DNA of 63,995 nucleotides, counting the filler. It is 9 parts of 9 records of this genome, joined end to end, with 100 filler letters (N's around TTAATTAATTAA, not from the genome) between each part and the next. Parts side by side here need not be neighbours in the genome. Positions count along the whole stretch, not along the records: positions 1 to 10,448 come from SRR31156797_22072; 8 more parts are not named here. The stretch is one strand, 5' to 3'. Positions 1 through 9,141 of the stretch are shown in pieces; the stretch's first letter is position 1, and every line of letters starts with the position of its first letter. Both the position numbers and the translations under genes were made by a program. The notes beneath the pieces are model-generated. The model did no database searches. It saw only the letters and a list, made by a program, of their open reading frames with translations, and had not been told where the DNA came from.

Positions 1-828
1 ATTTAAATCAGCCATTCCTCTTCTATTTGATGAAGTGATATTAACACTTGCAATATCTTTTACAAATAAAGGATTAGCATCAAATGTCTTTATTGTAATA
101 TTTTCAATATCTTCAACAGTTTTTAGAAAACCTTTTGCTTGAACCATATGCTCAAAACCATTTTCTAAAATAATTCTTCCACCCTTTTCATCATTGTTTA
201 ATTCTAATGCTTTTTTCAAATCAGCAATTGAAACATCATATTGCACCATCTTATCTTGGTCAATTGTGATTTCATAGTTTTTAATAAATCCACCAATAGA
301 TGCAATCTCACTAACTCCATCAACACCTAAAAGTGCAAACTTATAATAGTAGTCTTGTAGTGTTCTTAACTCATCAAGGGATTTTGTATCTGATTTTAAA
401 GCATATTGATAAGCCCAACCAACACCTGTAGCATCTGGACCAATAGCTACATCAACACCTTCAGGGAAAGCACCTTGAAGTTGTGAAAGCTGTTCTAAGA
501 TTCTATTTCTAGAATCATAAAGATCTGTTCCATCTTTAAATATCACATAAATAAGCGCATTTTGAAATGAACTCATAGCTCTTACAGTCTCAATATTTGG
601 AAGACTCATAAGATTTGAAATAAGAGGATAAGAAACTTGTTCTTCTATAGTCTTAGGACTTTGCCCTGCCCACTTCACTTGCACAATTACTTGAGGAGGT
701 GAAAGGTCAGGAAGTGCATCTAAGCTTGTATTTTTGATAGCCCAAATAGAGCCAATAGCTAATACAAGCATTGCAAAGATTATTAAAAATTTGTTTTTTA
801 TACTTTGAGAAATAATTGATTCAACCAT
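1..828 (-). CDS. cusA: CusA/CzcA-family heavy-metal RND efflux permease, N-terminal part (runs off window start)
   Basis: Not in ORF track. Manual translation from ATG at 828 gives MVESIISQSIKNKFLIIFAMLVLAIGSIWAIKNTSLDALPDLSPPQVIVQVKWAGQSP..., with the DAxPDL and GPDATGVGW motifs of CusA. Lies downstream of the adaptor gene. Confidence 0.93.
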   Translation of the reverse strand, partial: MVESIISQSIKNKFLIIFAMLVLAIGSIWAIKNTSLDALPDLSPPQVIVQVKWAGQSPKTIEEQVSYPLISNLMSLPNIETVRAMSSFQNALIYVIFKDGTDLYDSRNRILEQLSQLQGAFPEGVDVAIGPDATGVGWAYQYALKSDTKSLDELRTLQDYYYKFALLGVDGVSEIASIGGFIKNYEITIDQDKMVQYDVSIADLKKALELNNDEKGGRIILENGFEHMVQAKGFLKTVEDIENITIKTFDANPLFVKDIASVNITSSNRRGMADLN

Positions 829-836
829 AATAAATC

Positions 837-1838
837 CTACCAGTCATCATCATCTGAACTATAAAGTCCATTTGTAATTGCATCTGAATCAAGTAAGAAT
901 AAAGCATTATTAATAACTCTTTGCCCCTCTTCTATTCCATCTATAATCTCATATTTATTTGAAGAAATTCTTTTTGCTGTAACTTCTATTGGCTCATACT
1001 CTGACTCAGAAAGGTATTGGAAAACATAATGTTTACTTCCTTTTTGTAAAACTGCTGTCTTAGGTAAAGTTAGAATTTCTCTATTGATTTGCTTTATATC
1101 AACTTTAGCAAACATATTTGGAGAGTACTTTAAATCCTTGTTATCTATCACAAGTCTTACATCAACACTTTTATTTGTTTCATCTATTGTAGGATAGATA
1201 TAATCAACTGTTGAGATAACTGGTTCAGCAAAACCATCAATATAAACTTTTGCTTTAAGACCTTTCTTTACAAAAGATAAATCCTTTTGATATACACTTA
1301 CGATAACCCAAAGTTTTTTTAATGATGCAAGTTGCACTAAAAGACTTCCTTTTTTTACAAAGCTTCCATTGTTTATCTCTTTTTTAATAACTACAGAATC
1401 ATAAGGAGCATAAAAGGCAATATCATGGATATACTCATTTGCCTCAATAATTCTTTTTATCTCTTTTTTATGAACTGCTAAAGCTTTTAATTTATTTACA
1501 TTACTTTCAACTAAACTTTTATTAAACTTTTTAGCAATATTAATCTCTTGAATAATTGAACTAACTTCATCTGAATAGATTGAAAAAAGTGCTTCATCTT
1601 TTTTTGCCATAGAATAAAGTTTATTAGCATCTAATTTTGTTATATATCCATCAAATCTACTTACAACATCAAAAACTCTTGACTCATCAAATGCTAGACG
1701 TCCATAAAAGCTTTTTAAAGGGCCTATTTGCTCTTTTTTAACTTCTGTGAGCTTTTTATTGAACAACTGCTTTACTTCAAGAATTTCAGCATTTAATATG
1801 CAAGCCCCTAAAAATAGGGCTAGTATGTACTTTTTCAT
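837..1838 (-). CDS. czcB: RND efflux periplasmic adaptor (CusB/CzcB family)
   Basis: Signal peptide, barrel-sandwich hybrid segments, PNMFAKV and LFLLDSD motifs; sits between the TolC-like gene and cusA. Confidence 0.85.
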   Translation of the reverse strand: MKKYILALFLGACILNAEILEVKQLFNKKLTEVKKEQIGPLKSFYGRLAFDESRVFDVVSRFDGYITKLDANKLYSMAKKDEALFSIYSDEVSSIIQEINIAKKFNKSLVESNVNKLKALAVHKKEIKRIIEANEYIHDIAFYAPYDSVVIKKEINNGSFVKKGSLLVQLASLKKLWVIVSVYQKDLSFVKKGLKAKVYIDGFAEPVISTVDYIYPTIDETNKSVDVRLVIDNKDLKYSPNMFAKVDIKQINREILTLPKTAVLQKGSKHYVFQYLSESEYEPIEVTAKRISSNKYEIIDGIEEGQRVINNALFLLDSDAITNGLYSSDDDDW

Positions 1839-3049
1839 TTATTAACCTTTGTAAAATAGATAGAATTTGATAAATTTGTGAAATATTTCTGTTTTTCATC
1901 AATCGCTTTTAGTTTATACTTGATTAATTCATTCAAGTTTCTAATTAACTGTTTTGAATCAATTTGCTTCAATGATGAAAATCTGTTATAACTTTCTAGT
2001 GTTTTTTGAATTTGATTGTATTTTGGAATTATGCTTTCATTTAATTTTTTATATGAATAAAAAGCATTATCTATATTGTCTTGTAAAATTTTAATTTGAT
2101 TTGTAAATTTTAGTTTTGAATCTTGTAAAAGATTTTTATATTCATTTGCTTTGAACTTTGCTTTTCGTGCTTTTATATCTTCACTTCCATAAATAGAAAG
2201 TGGAATTGCAACACTTATATTTATATAGTCTTCATACTTACTATCTCTTTGGAAATATTTAACTCCAAAGTTTATATCTGAGTTTTTCTTTTCCTCTTCA
2301 AATTTTGAAGTAGTGTTAAACTTCTCAATATTTTTTTCAATTTGCAAAATCTTAGGGTGTGAATCAATATTGTTTACTAAAGTAAGTTTTTCTAACTCAG
2401 TACTAATATCTATATCTTTAAACTTTGTATATGTTAGTTGTTCTAACTGAAGTTTAAAAACCCTAAGATTATTGTTTAGTTTTTGTTCGCTTATATCAAG
2501 CTCATCATATAAAGTTTGCACCTTTAATATGTCAATTTGGCTTGCTTTATTGTACTTATAAAACTCTTCTAAAAGTTTTTGTAGTTCTGCAATATTTTGT
2601 TTTAACTTAGAAAAAAGAGCAACTCTTTCTTCAACTAATTTTATATTGTATATATACTCATATATTTTTGATTCTAGTTCAAGCTTTTTATCAGCTAATA
2701 CTAACTTTGAAAGCTCATAGTCATCTCTTGCAATCTCTTCTTCTAACTCTTTTTTATCTCCTATTGGTATCATTTGATTAAGACCAATAAACTGCGCTTG
2801 CATAGGCTCTAAATCTCTTTTAGAAATATCATCAAACTGAATATCATTTGCACCAAAATTTAAAATCGGATTTTGCCATTTTCCTGCAAGGTTAATTTGT
2901 TCTTTTGCTAAAAGAATTGATTGTTCTAAAGCTTGTAGTGAACTATTTGTATTAATAGCTTCATTTACTACTTGCTTTACTTCCTTTGCATAAATAGAAC
3001 TTGTCAATAGACTTGACAACAAGATGAGAGTAAGAGATTGCTTTAACAT
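1835..3049 (-). CDS. TolC-family outer-membrane efflux protein (CrdB-like)
   Basis: Signal peptide, helical OEP-like repeats, operon position; 4-bp overlap with the adaptor gene. Confidence 0.85.
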   Translation of the reverse strand: MLKQSLTLILLSSLLTSSIYAKEVKQVVNEAINTNSSLQALEQSILLAKEQINLAGKWQNPILNFGANDIQFDDISKRDLEPMQAQFIGLNQMIPIGDKKELEEEIARDDYELSKLVLADKKLELESKIYEYIYNIKLVEERVALFSKLKQNIAELQKLLEEFYKYNKASQIDILKVQTLYDELDISEQKLNNNLRVFKLQLEQLTYTKFKDIDISTELEKLTLVNNIDSHPKILQIEKNIEKFNTTSKFEEEKKNSDINFGVKYFQRDSKYEDYINISVAIPLSIYGSEDIKARKAKFKANEYKNLLQDSKLKFTNQIKILQDNIDNAFYSYKKLNESIIPKYNQIQKTLESYNRFSSLKQIDSKQLIRNLNELIKYKLKAIDEKQKYFTNLSNSIYFTKVNK

Positions 3050-3429
3050 TATAAATTCACGCTAGATCTAAGTTTGTGTACTTTTCCATCAGCAGTTTTA
3101 AACATTAAATGATACTGCCATGTACCACTCATAGTAAAGTTGATTAACATTTTGTATTTACCATCAACTAACTTTGCTTTTCCAACATATTCCATATATG
3201 GCATACCAGGCATCTCAGGCATAAAGAATTTTGCTTTTACTTTTGCATCTGTTACAGGCTTACCATCTTTTGCTAATGTTACATAGAAAGTGTTGTCTCC
3301 AACTACTAATGACTTTTCAGACTTTAAAGTCACGTCATATCCGTTTTTGCTCCCATTTAAATCAATTGGGTCTGCATTTAAAACACCTATAAAAAGTGCA
3401 ATCATTGAAAAGATTTTCAATAGTTTCAT
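3049..3429 (-). CDS. crdA: CrdA-like copper-resistance periplasmic protein (FixH/YtkA-like)
   Basis: Signal peptide, Met-rich MPEMPGMPYM motif, first gene of the efflux operon as in Helicobacter crdAB-czcBA. Confidence 0.8.
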   Translation of the reverse strand: MKLLKIFSMIALFIGVLNADPIDLNGSKNGYDVTLKSEKSLVVGDNTFYVTLAKDGKPVTDAKVKAKFFMPEMPGMPYMEYVGKAKLVDGKYKMLINFTMSGTWQYHLMFKTADGKVHKLRSSVNL

Positions 3430-3456
3430 TTTGTCTCCTTAGATTTTATTCTAAGA

Positions 3457-3489
3457 AGTGTAGTTGTTAAATATGGAAAGTGTGTGGAA
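3457..3489 (-). promoter_or_regulatory. Putative response-regulator-dependent promoter of the crdA operon (tandem TTCCAY repeats plus -10 TACACT)
   Basis: Minus strand reads TTCCAC-N5-TTCCAT-N10-TACACT; the same geometry occurs upstream of the regulator gene at 4674-4706. Confidence 0.65.
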
Positions 3490-3491
3490 AA

Positions 3492-4640
3492 TTAAAATTT
3501 GAAAGTGAAAGTAGTCTCTTTTCTCTCTTGAGATTTTACATCAAAGCTTATTTCATACTCTTTGCAGATATTTTGAACAATATTAAGCCCAATACCAAAG
3601 CCACCCTGCTCTTTTGTGGCTCTATAGTATCTGTTAAAGATATCATTTAGTTTTTTCTTTTCAATCCCTATTCCTGTATCTTTTATACTAAGTATTGAGT
3701 TCTTTAAAGTAATAAAAACTTCACCCTCTTTTTTATTGTATTTAATTGCATTTGAAAGGATATTGTTAAACAATCTTATGAAGTCATTTTTATCTATTTT
3801 ATAAGAAAACTCTTCTAAATCTAGGTGAATAGTTATCTTTCTTTTTAAGGCTATTACTTCAAAATATTTTAGTTGCTCTTCTATTAAAGCTTTTAGTTCA
3901 AGTTCATGAACTACCCTATTTTCATCTTTCTCTTCTAAGAAGATATAGGTTAAATCACTATAAATTTCAGAGATTCTATGAACTGCTAGTTTTACTCTTT
4001 CAAGCTGTTTTTTTGTGAGATTATCACTTTCTGATGACATCAAAATAGCACTTATTGGAGTATTTAATTCATGGGTTGTGTCTTTGATAAAGTTGTTTAA
4101 CTTTTCTCTTTCATCTTTGATAGGTTTTATAAATAGTTTTGCTAAAAAGAACCCAATAAGGGCAATAAAAGAGTAAGTGATTAAAAATACTACTAATACT
4201 TTGTTTCTAGTGGTATGAACTAAAGAGTGGAAGAGTTTATCTTTTATTACTGTGTGAAAAATACCTAGATGTCCAAAGGTAGAGTTATCTACTAATATAT
4301 AGTTGCTATCTTTTTGATAAAAACCATTTTCTAATTTTATTTTATCATTAAAATTTCCAAGGATTTTTTTACCATCTCTATCATAAAAAGCGATTTCATA
4401 TTGCTTCATATTTAAATAATCATCAATATCTAGTTTTGAGTCCATCATATGTGAAAAGATGATTCTTGAAGATAATTGAGAAGAGATATTCTCCATTTTT
4501 GTTTTTGCTAAATCAAGATGCAAAGTCTTTTCATTTTGGTAATATAACAACGATAATAATAGTAATAAAATAAACGAAGCCCCTAAATATAAAGACAAAA
4601 ATCTTATAAAGGTTACTTTTTCACTTCTAGTTAAATCTAT
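3492..4640 (-). CDS. Membrane sensor histidine kinase (CrdS-like)
   Basis: Two TM segments, HisKA H-box (DTTHELNTP), HATPase N/G boxes (NAIKY, DTGIG, GFGIGL). Start is probably ATA at 4640 behind AAGGAG; the ORF track uses 4679. Confidence 0.9.
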   Translation of the reverse strand: MDLTRSEKVTFIRFLSLYLGASFILLLLLSLLYYQNEKTLHLDLAKTKMENISSQLSSRIIFSHMMDSKLDIDDYLNMKQYEIAFYDRDGKKILGNFNDKIKLENGFYQKDSNYILVDNSTFGHLGIFHTVIKDKLFHSLVHTTRNKVLVVFLITYSFIALIGFFLAKLFIKPIKDEREKLNNFIKDTTHELNTPISAILMSSESDNLTKKQLERVKLAVHRISEIYSDLTYIFLEEKDENRVVHELELKALIEEQLKYFEVIALKRKITIHLDLEEFSYKIDKNDFIRLFNNILSNAIKYNKKEGEVFITLKNSILSIKDTGIGIEKKKLNDIFNRYYRATKEQGGFGIGLNIVQNICKEYEISFDVKSQERKETTFTFKF

Positions 4641-4673
4641 GGTATACTCCTTTTGAAAATTGATTATAGCATT

Positions 4674-4706
4674 TTCCACATAACTTCCACGTGTAGTTTA
4701 TATACT
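4674..4706 (+). promoter_or_regulatory. Putative autoregulated promoter of the response regulator (tandem TTCCAC repeats plus -10 TATACT)
   Basis: TTCCAC at 4674 and 4685 (11-bp period), then 10 nt, then TATACT at 4701-4706. Confidence 0.65.
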
Positions 4707-4724
4707 TTATTATGGAGTTTAAAA

Positions 4725-5384
4725 ATGAAAATATTATTACTTGAAGATGATACCCTTTTACATGAAATTATTGAAGAGTTTTTAGAAGAGTTAGAGTATG
4801 AAACTGTTTCTACTTATGATGGGCAAGAAGCCTATGAGCTTATTTTTGAGCAGCACTTTGATTTACTGATTTTAGATGTAAATGTACCTTCTATAAATGG
4901 CTTTGATTTATTAAAAAACCTTAAAGCAAATTCAATAGATATACCAACTATTTTTATAACTTCACTTCACACTACAAAAGATATGGAAACAGGTTTTAAT
5001 GCAGGAGCCGATGATTATATAAGAAAGCCTTTTCACCTAAGTGAGTTAAAACTTAGAATTGACAATATCAAAAGACTAAGAAAAATAGAATCAAAGGAAG
5101 AGCAGAAGATAAATGATGAAATCTCTTACAACTATGATTTAAAAGCCATTCTTTTAAAAGATGAAAAATTTCAACTATCAAAGACAGAAGCAAAGGTTTT
5201 TGAATACCTTTTAAAACACTCAAACAAAGCAGTTTCTATAGAAGAGATAGCCCTTAACAATTGGGTTTATGATGAAGCCCCAACGGATACTACAGTTAGA
5301 ACATATATTAAAAACCTAAGAAAGATACTTGGCAAAGATTCTATTATAAATATCAAGGGTGTTGGCTATAAACTAGAGCTATAA
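4725..5384 (+). CDS. OmpR-family response regulator (CrdR-like)
   Basis: MKILLLEDD receiver start, LDVNVP phospho-Asp, GADDYIRKPF, C-terminal wHTH (GVGYKL). ATG at 4725 follows GGAG. Confidence 0.92.
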   Translation: MKILLLEDDTLLHEIIEEFLEELEYETVSTYDGQEAYELIFEQHFDLLILDVNVPSINGFDLLKNLKANSIDIPTIFITSLHTTKDMETGFNAGADDYIRKPFHLSELKLRIDNIKRLRKIESKEEQKINDEISYNYDLKAILLKDEKFQLSKTEAKVFEYLLKHSNKAVSIEEIALNNWVYDEAPTDTTVRTYIKNLRKILGKDSIINIKGVGYKLEL

Positions 5385-5475
5385 CTTAAATTTAGATAAA
5401 TTTTTATAACTAACTCTATAAACTTAAGAAAATAGTGGCTATACTTATTATTTAATTTGCTATAAAGGCCACAAA

Positions 5476-6330
5476 ATGGTAAAGAAACTACTGTTAATCT
5501 TTATTTTTAGCATCTGTGTTTTTGCTAATGAAAAAAATATGCCCTCAATAGTTGACCTAACTTGGTTAAAACAAAATATCTCAAATTCAAATCTTATATT
5601 ATTGGACTTAAGAAAAAAAGAGCTTTATGAAAAAGACCATATAAAAAATGCAGTTAATATCCCTGCTTTAGAGAATCTTTTTGCTGAAAAATTCTTTATG
5701 CCAAATATTGAACAACTCCAAGAACTTTTCTCTAATGCTGGAATCAAAAATGACTCTTTAGTTGTTGCATATGATGATGGAAGTTTTATCTGGTCAGCAA
5801 GACTTTATTGGATACTTGAAATTCTAGGACACAACAATGTTGGTGTTTTAAATGTAGGCTATAAAAACTGGGAAGAAAATGCCCTAACTCTTAGCTCTAA
5901 ACCTTTTATTCCTAAAAAGAGTAATTTCACTCCAAGAGTTGATAATACAAAAGTTCAAACTAAACTAAGTACCCTACTTTCTATTGGTAAAAAGACAATT
6001 ATTGATGGAAGAAAAGAGTCTCACTATTTAGGTAAAGAGTCTATTGCAAAAAGATTTGGACATATTCCTACAGCACAAAACTATGCTTGTACACAAAACT
6101 ACCAAGTTACTAGTACAGGTAATAAGATTAAAAATCTTGATGAGTTAAAAACTGTATATAAAGATATTCCAAAAGATAAAGAGATAATCCTTTATTGTGA
6201 CGGTGGAGCTGATGCTGCACTTAACTATATTGTGCTTCAAGAACTAGGATATAAAGCTAGTGTATATGATGGTTCATGGGCAGAGTGGGGAAATGACGAA
6301 GCTGTTCCTATAGATAACCCTTCATTATAG
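5476..6330 (+). CDS. Exported tandem-domain rhodanese / sulfurtransferase
   Basis: Signal peptide, HIKNA and GHIP motifs, catalytic-loop YCDGGADAA, C-terminal signature YDGSWAEW. Confidence 0.9.
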   Translation: MVKKLLLIFIFSICVFANEKNMPSIVDLTWLKQNISNSNLILLDLRKKELYEKDHIKNAVNIPALENLFAEKFFMPNIEQLQELFSNAGIKNDSLVVAYDDGSFIWSARLYWILEILGHNNVGVLNVGYKNWEENALTLSSKPFIPKKSNFTPRVDNTKVQTKLSTLLSIGKKTIIDGRKESHYLGKESIAKRFGHIPTAQNYACTQNYQVTSTGNKIKNLDELKTVYKDIPKDKEIILYCDGGADAALNYIVLQELGYKASVYDGSWAEWGNDEAVPIDNPSL

Positions 6331-6332
6331 TT

Positions 6333-8705
6333 ATGACACAAAAACAGTACAGAGGTTCAATAAAAAGAAGACTTACTTTAATGATTTTACTGGTTACTTT
6401 GATAACTGGTACAGTAGGATATTCTGGTTTTGTTTACTGGAATATGAAATCTCAGTACGACAAAACTATTGAACTATCTCGTACTGTTGCAAAAGTATTA
6501 AGCCAAGATATTGCAAAACTTATCTTGCTAAAGAAAGTAGCTGTTGCAGCAGATATTACAAGTAAGTTAAAATCTTTTGATAATATTGACTCAATGGTTC
6601 TTTATAAAACAGATAAAAAAGCTGTTTTCCAATATAATAAAGACAATAAAAACTTTGAAGCAAAACCTCTAAAAAATGATTTTGAAAGAATAAATAGCAT
6701 TAAAAACAACCTTTTAAAACTCTATGTTGATGCCACATATCAAGGTACAAAACTAGGAGTTGTTGAACTAAACTTCAAAGTAAAAAGTCTTGGGGATATA
6801 GTAAAAAGAGATATTCCTATTTTAATCTCTATTTCAATAGTTCTTTTACTTTTATCTTTTGCCCTTGCAAACTTCTTTGCAAAACGATTTACCAAACCTA
6901 TTTTAAAACTAGTATCTTTTTTAAGTAAGATTGATATTATCGATTCATTAAAAAATAGAGCCAAGACAAATGAAGATAATGAAATAGGCAAACTTTATGA
7001 TGAAATCAACTACATGCTTCAAAGAATTGAAAACTCTCAAAAAGCTGAAAAGATAGCTGCTGCTGCTTTTGAAACTCGAAGTGGTATGATGATTACCGAT
7101 GCAAAAGAAAGAATTCTTCAAGTAAATAAAGCCTTTACTAAAATCTCTGGATATGAAAAAGAGGAAGTTATAGGAAAAACTCCTAGTGTTTTGAGGTCTG
7201 GATATCAAGATGAAAACTTCTATAAAGAGATGAAAGAAAAACTAAATAAGTATAATCATTGGAGTGGTGAAATATATAATAAACACAAAGATGGAACAAT
7301 CTTTCCAGAACACCTAACTATCCAAGCAGTTTTAGATGATGATTTAAATGTGATTTATTATGTTGCTTCATTTATTGATTTAACTATTCAAAAAGAGACA
7401 GAAGCAAAGGTTGAATACCTAAAACAGTATGATTCTTTGACTGGATTAGCAAATAAAGAGATGCTTTTAAATGAAATACAAACTCACCTAGATAAAAAAG
7501 AGCAGTTTAGATGGGGATTACTTCTTTGTTTTGATTTAAAAGATTTTAAGATGATTAACGATGCTTATGGTTATAGTGTAGGAGATAAAGTACTTGAGGT
7601 AATCACTTCAAAAATAAAGAAGATATTTAACGATGCTTCAATCATAGCTAGAATAGCAGCCGATGAGTTTGCTGTATGGTTTCCGCATATTCACGAGCAT
7701 AAAAACCAAGCATCTATTGAAGCCAAACTTTTAACAGAGTTTTTAATATCTACTTTATCTGAGCAAATAAAAATAGAAGACAAAACAATAAACCCTATAA
7801 TCTACGCAGGACTATCTATTTATAACAAAAACTGCAACAATGCAAATAAGTTACTAAAACAAGCAGATACAGCTTTACATCAAGCAAAAAAAGAGGAAAA
7901 GAGCTTTTCATATTTTGATAAACAAGCACAGAATATGGCACAAAATCATCTTGATACTTATTCACAACTAATCAAAGCTATAAAAGAGGAGCATTTCAAG
8001 CTTTATTATCAACTACAATATGATGATGAAAATCGTGTATATGGAGCAGAAGCTTTAATCAGATGGATACATCCAGAAGAAGGAATGATTCCCCCTGATA
8101 CTTTTATTCCAACTGCTGAAAAGACTGGTTTGATTATTCCTATTGGTTCATGGGTTATAAAAACAGCTTGTAAACAGCTAGAAACATGGCAAAAAAGCAA
8201 AGAAACATCAAATTGGGTCATTGCTATTAATATTAGTGCAAAACAGTTTCTAGAGGAGGATTTTGTATCTGTTATTGAAAAGTATCTAAAACAATACAAT
8301 GTAAAATCAAATCTTCTAAAAGTAGAACTAACAGAATCAATACTTGCAAAAAGTCTTGAAGAGGTAAAAGATAAGATGCTTAAAATAAAAAAGTTAGGGG
8401 TTCAAGTCTCTTTAGATGATTTTGGAACTGGATACTCATCTTTACAATACCTAAGAGAACTACCTTTAAATCAAATCAAGATAGATAGGTCTTTTGTAAA
8501 CAATATCTTAGAAAACAAAGCTGATGAAGCTATTGTTAAAAGTATACTTCTATTTGCTGAGGCTTTAGACTTGCAAGTTGTTGCAGAAGGAATTGAGACT
8601 AAAGAGCAATATGACTTTTTAGTTAGCTTAGGTTGTAAGCTATTCCAAGGTTACTATTTTGCAAAACCTGTAAAGATAGAAGAAATAAATAGTTTTAGTA
8701 AATAA
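6333..8705 (+). CDS. Membrane sensor-HAMP-PAS-GGDEF(degenerate)-EAL protein, probable c-di-GMP phosphodiesterase
   Basis: Two TMs, HAMP, PAS (VNKAFTKISGY), AADEF in place of GGDEF, intact EAL, DDFGTGYSS and EGIE. Confidence 0.9.
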   Translation: MTQKQYRGSIKRRLTLMILLVTLITGTVGYSGFVYWNMKSQYDKTIELSRTVAKVLSQDIAKLILLKKVAVAADITSKLKSFDNIDSMVLYKTDKKAVFQYNKDNKNFEAKPLKNDFERINSIKNNLLKLYVDATYQGTKLGVVELNFKVKSLGDIVKRDIPILISISIVLLLLSFALANFFAKRFTKPILKLVSFLSKIDIIDSLKNRAKTNEDNEIGKLYDEINYMLQRIENSQKAEKIAAAAFETRSGMMITDAKERILQVNKAFTKISGYEKEEVIGKTPSVLRSGYQDENFYKEMKEKLNKYNHWSGEIYNKHKDGTIFPEHLTIQAVLDDDLNVIYYVASFIDLTIQKETEAKVEYLKQYDSLTGLANKEMLLNEIQTHLDKKEQFRWGLLLCFDLKDFKMINDAYGYSVGDKVLEVITSKIKKIFNDASIIARIAADEFAVWFPHIHEHKNQASIEAKLLTEFLISTLSEQIKIEDKTINPIIYAGLSIYNKNCNNANKLLKQADTALHQAKKEEKSFSYFDKQAQNMAQNHLDTYSQLIKAIKEEHFKLYYQLQYDDENRVYGAEALIRWIHPEEGMIPPDTFIPTAEKTGLIIPIGSWVIKTACKQLETWQKSKETSNWVIAINISAKQFLEEDFVSVIEKYLKQYNVKSNLLKVELTESILAKSLEEVKDKMLKIKKLGVQVSLDDFGTGYSSLQYLRELPLNQIKIDRSFVNNILENKADEAIVKSILLFAEALDLQVVAEGIETKEQYDFLVSLGCKLFQGYYFAKPVKIEEINSFSK

Positions 8706-8881
8706 AAAAATAGCTTAAGTATGCTGTTGTAAAGTAGCTAATACTCATACTTAGAAATAAAAATCCGCTCTCATATTTTAGTGTCATAACTTCCCCTTTT
8801 TTATATTTGATAAGATTATTTTATTAAGGGTTGGTTTCATTCAAGTTACAAAATAAAGAAAGGCTAAAGCCTTTAAAAGAT

Positions 8882-9080
8882 GATACTTTTTTGTTGAAAA
8901 AAGTATCGCAAAAAGCAACCACGGCTTCAAAGCTTGCTGGCGCAAGTACCTTCGTATTTGGAAACTATTTGCTATGTTGCGGAACTCATAAAAAAGAGTG
9001 AACTTATCACTCTTTTTTACTCAAACAGTCCTCACATATTTCGCAAATATTTTACAAATCCTTAGCTTTTGCAGATGTGG
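8882..9080. repeat. Long nested palindromic intergenic element (REP/MITE-like)
   Basis: GATACTTTTT..AAAAAGTATC hairpin; nested arms ATTTGGAAACTATTTGC/GCAAATATTTTACAAAT and TAAAAAAGAGTGA/TCACTCTTTTTTA. Confidence 0.6.
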
Positions 9081-9141
9081 AGAATAACAGCCTATTAAAT
9101 AGTTTTTAGATAAAATAAATCATTATTTTTATGGAGAAGAT

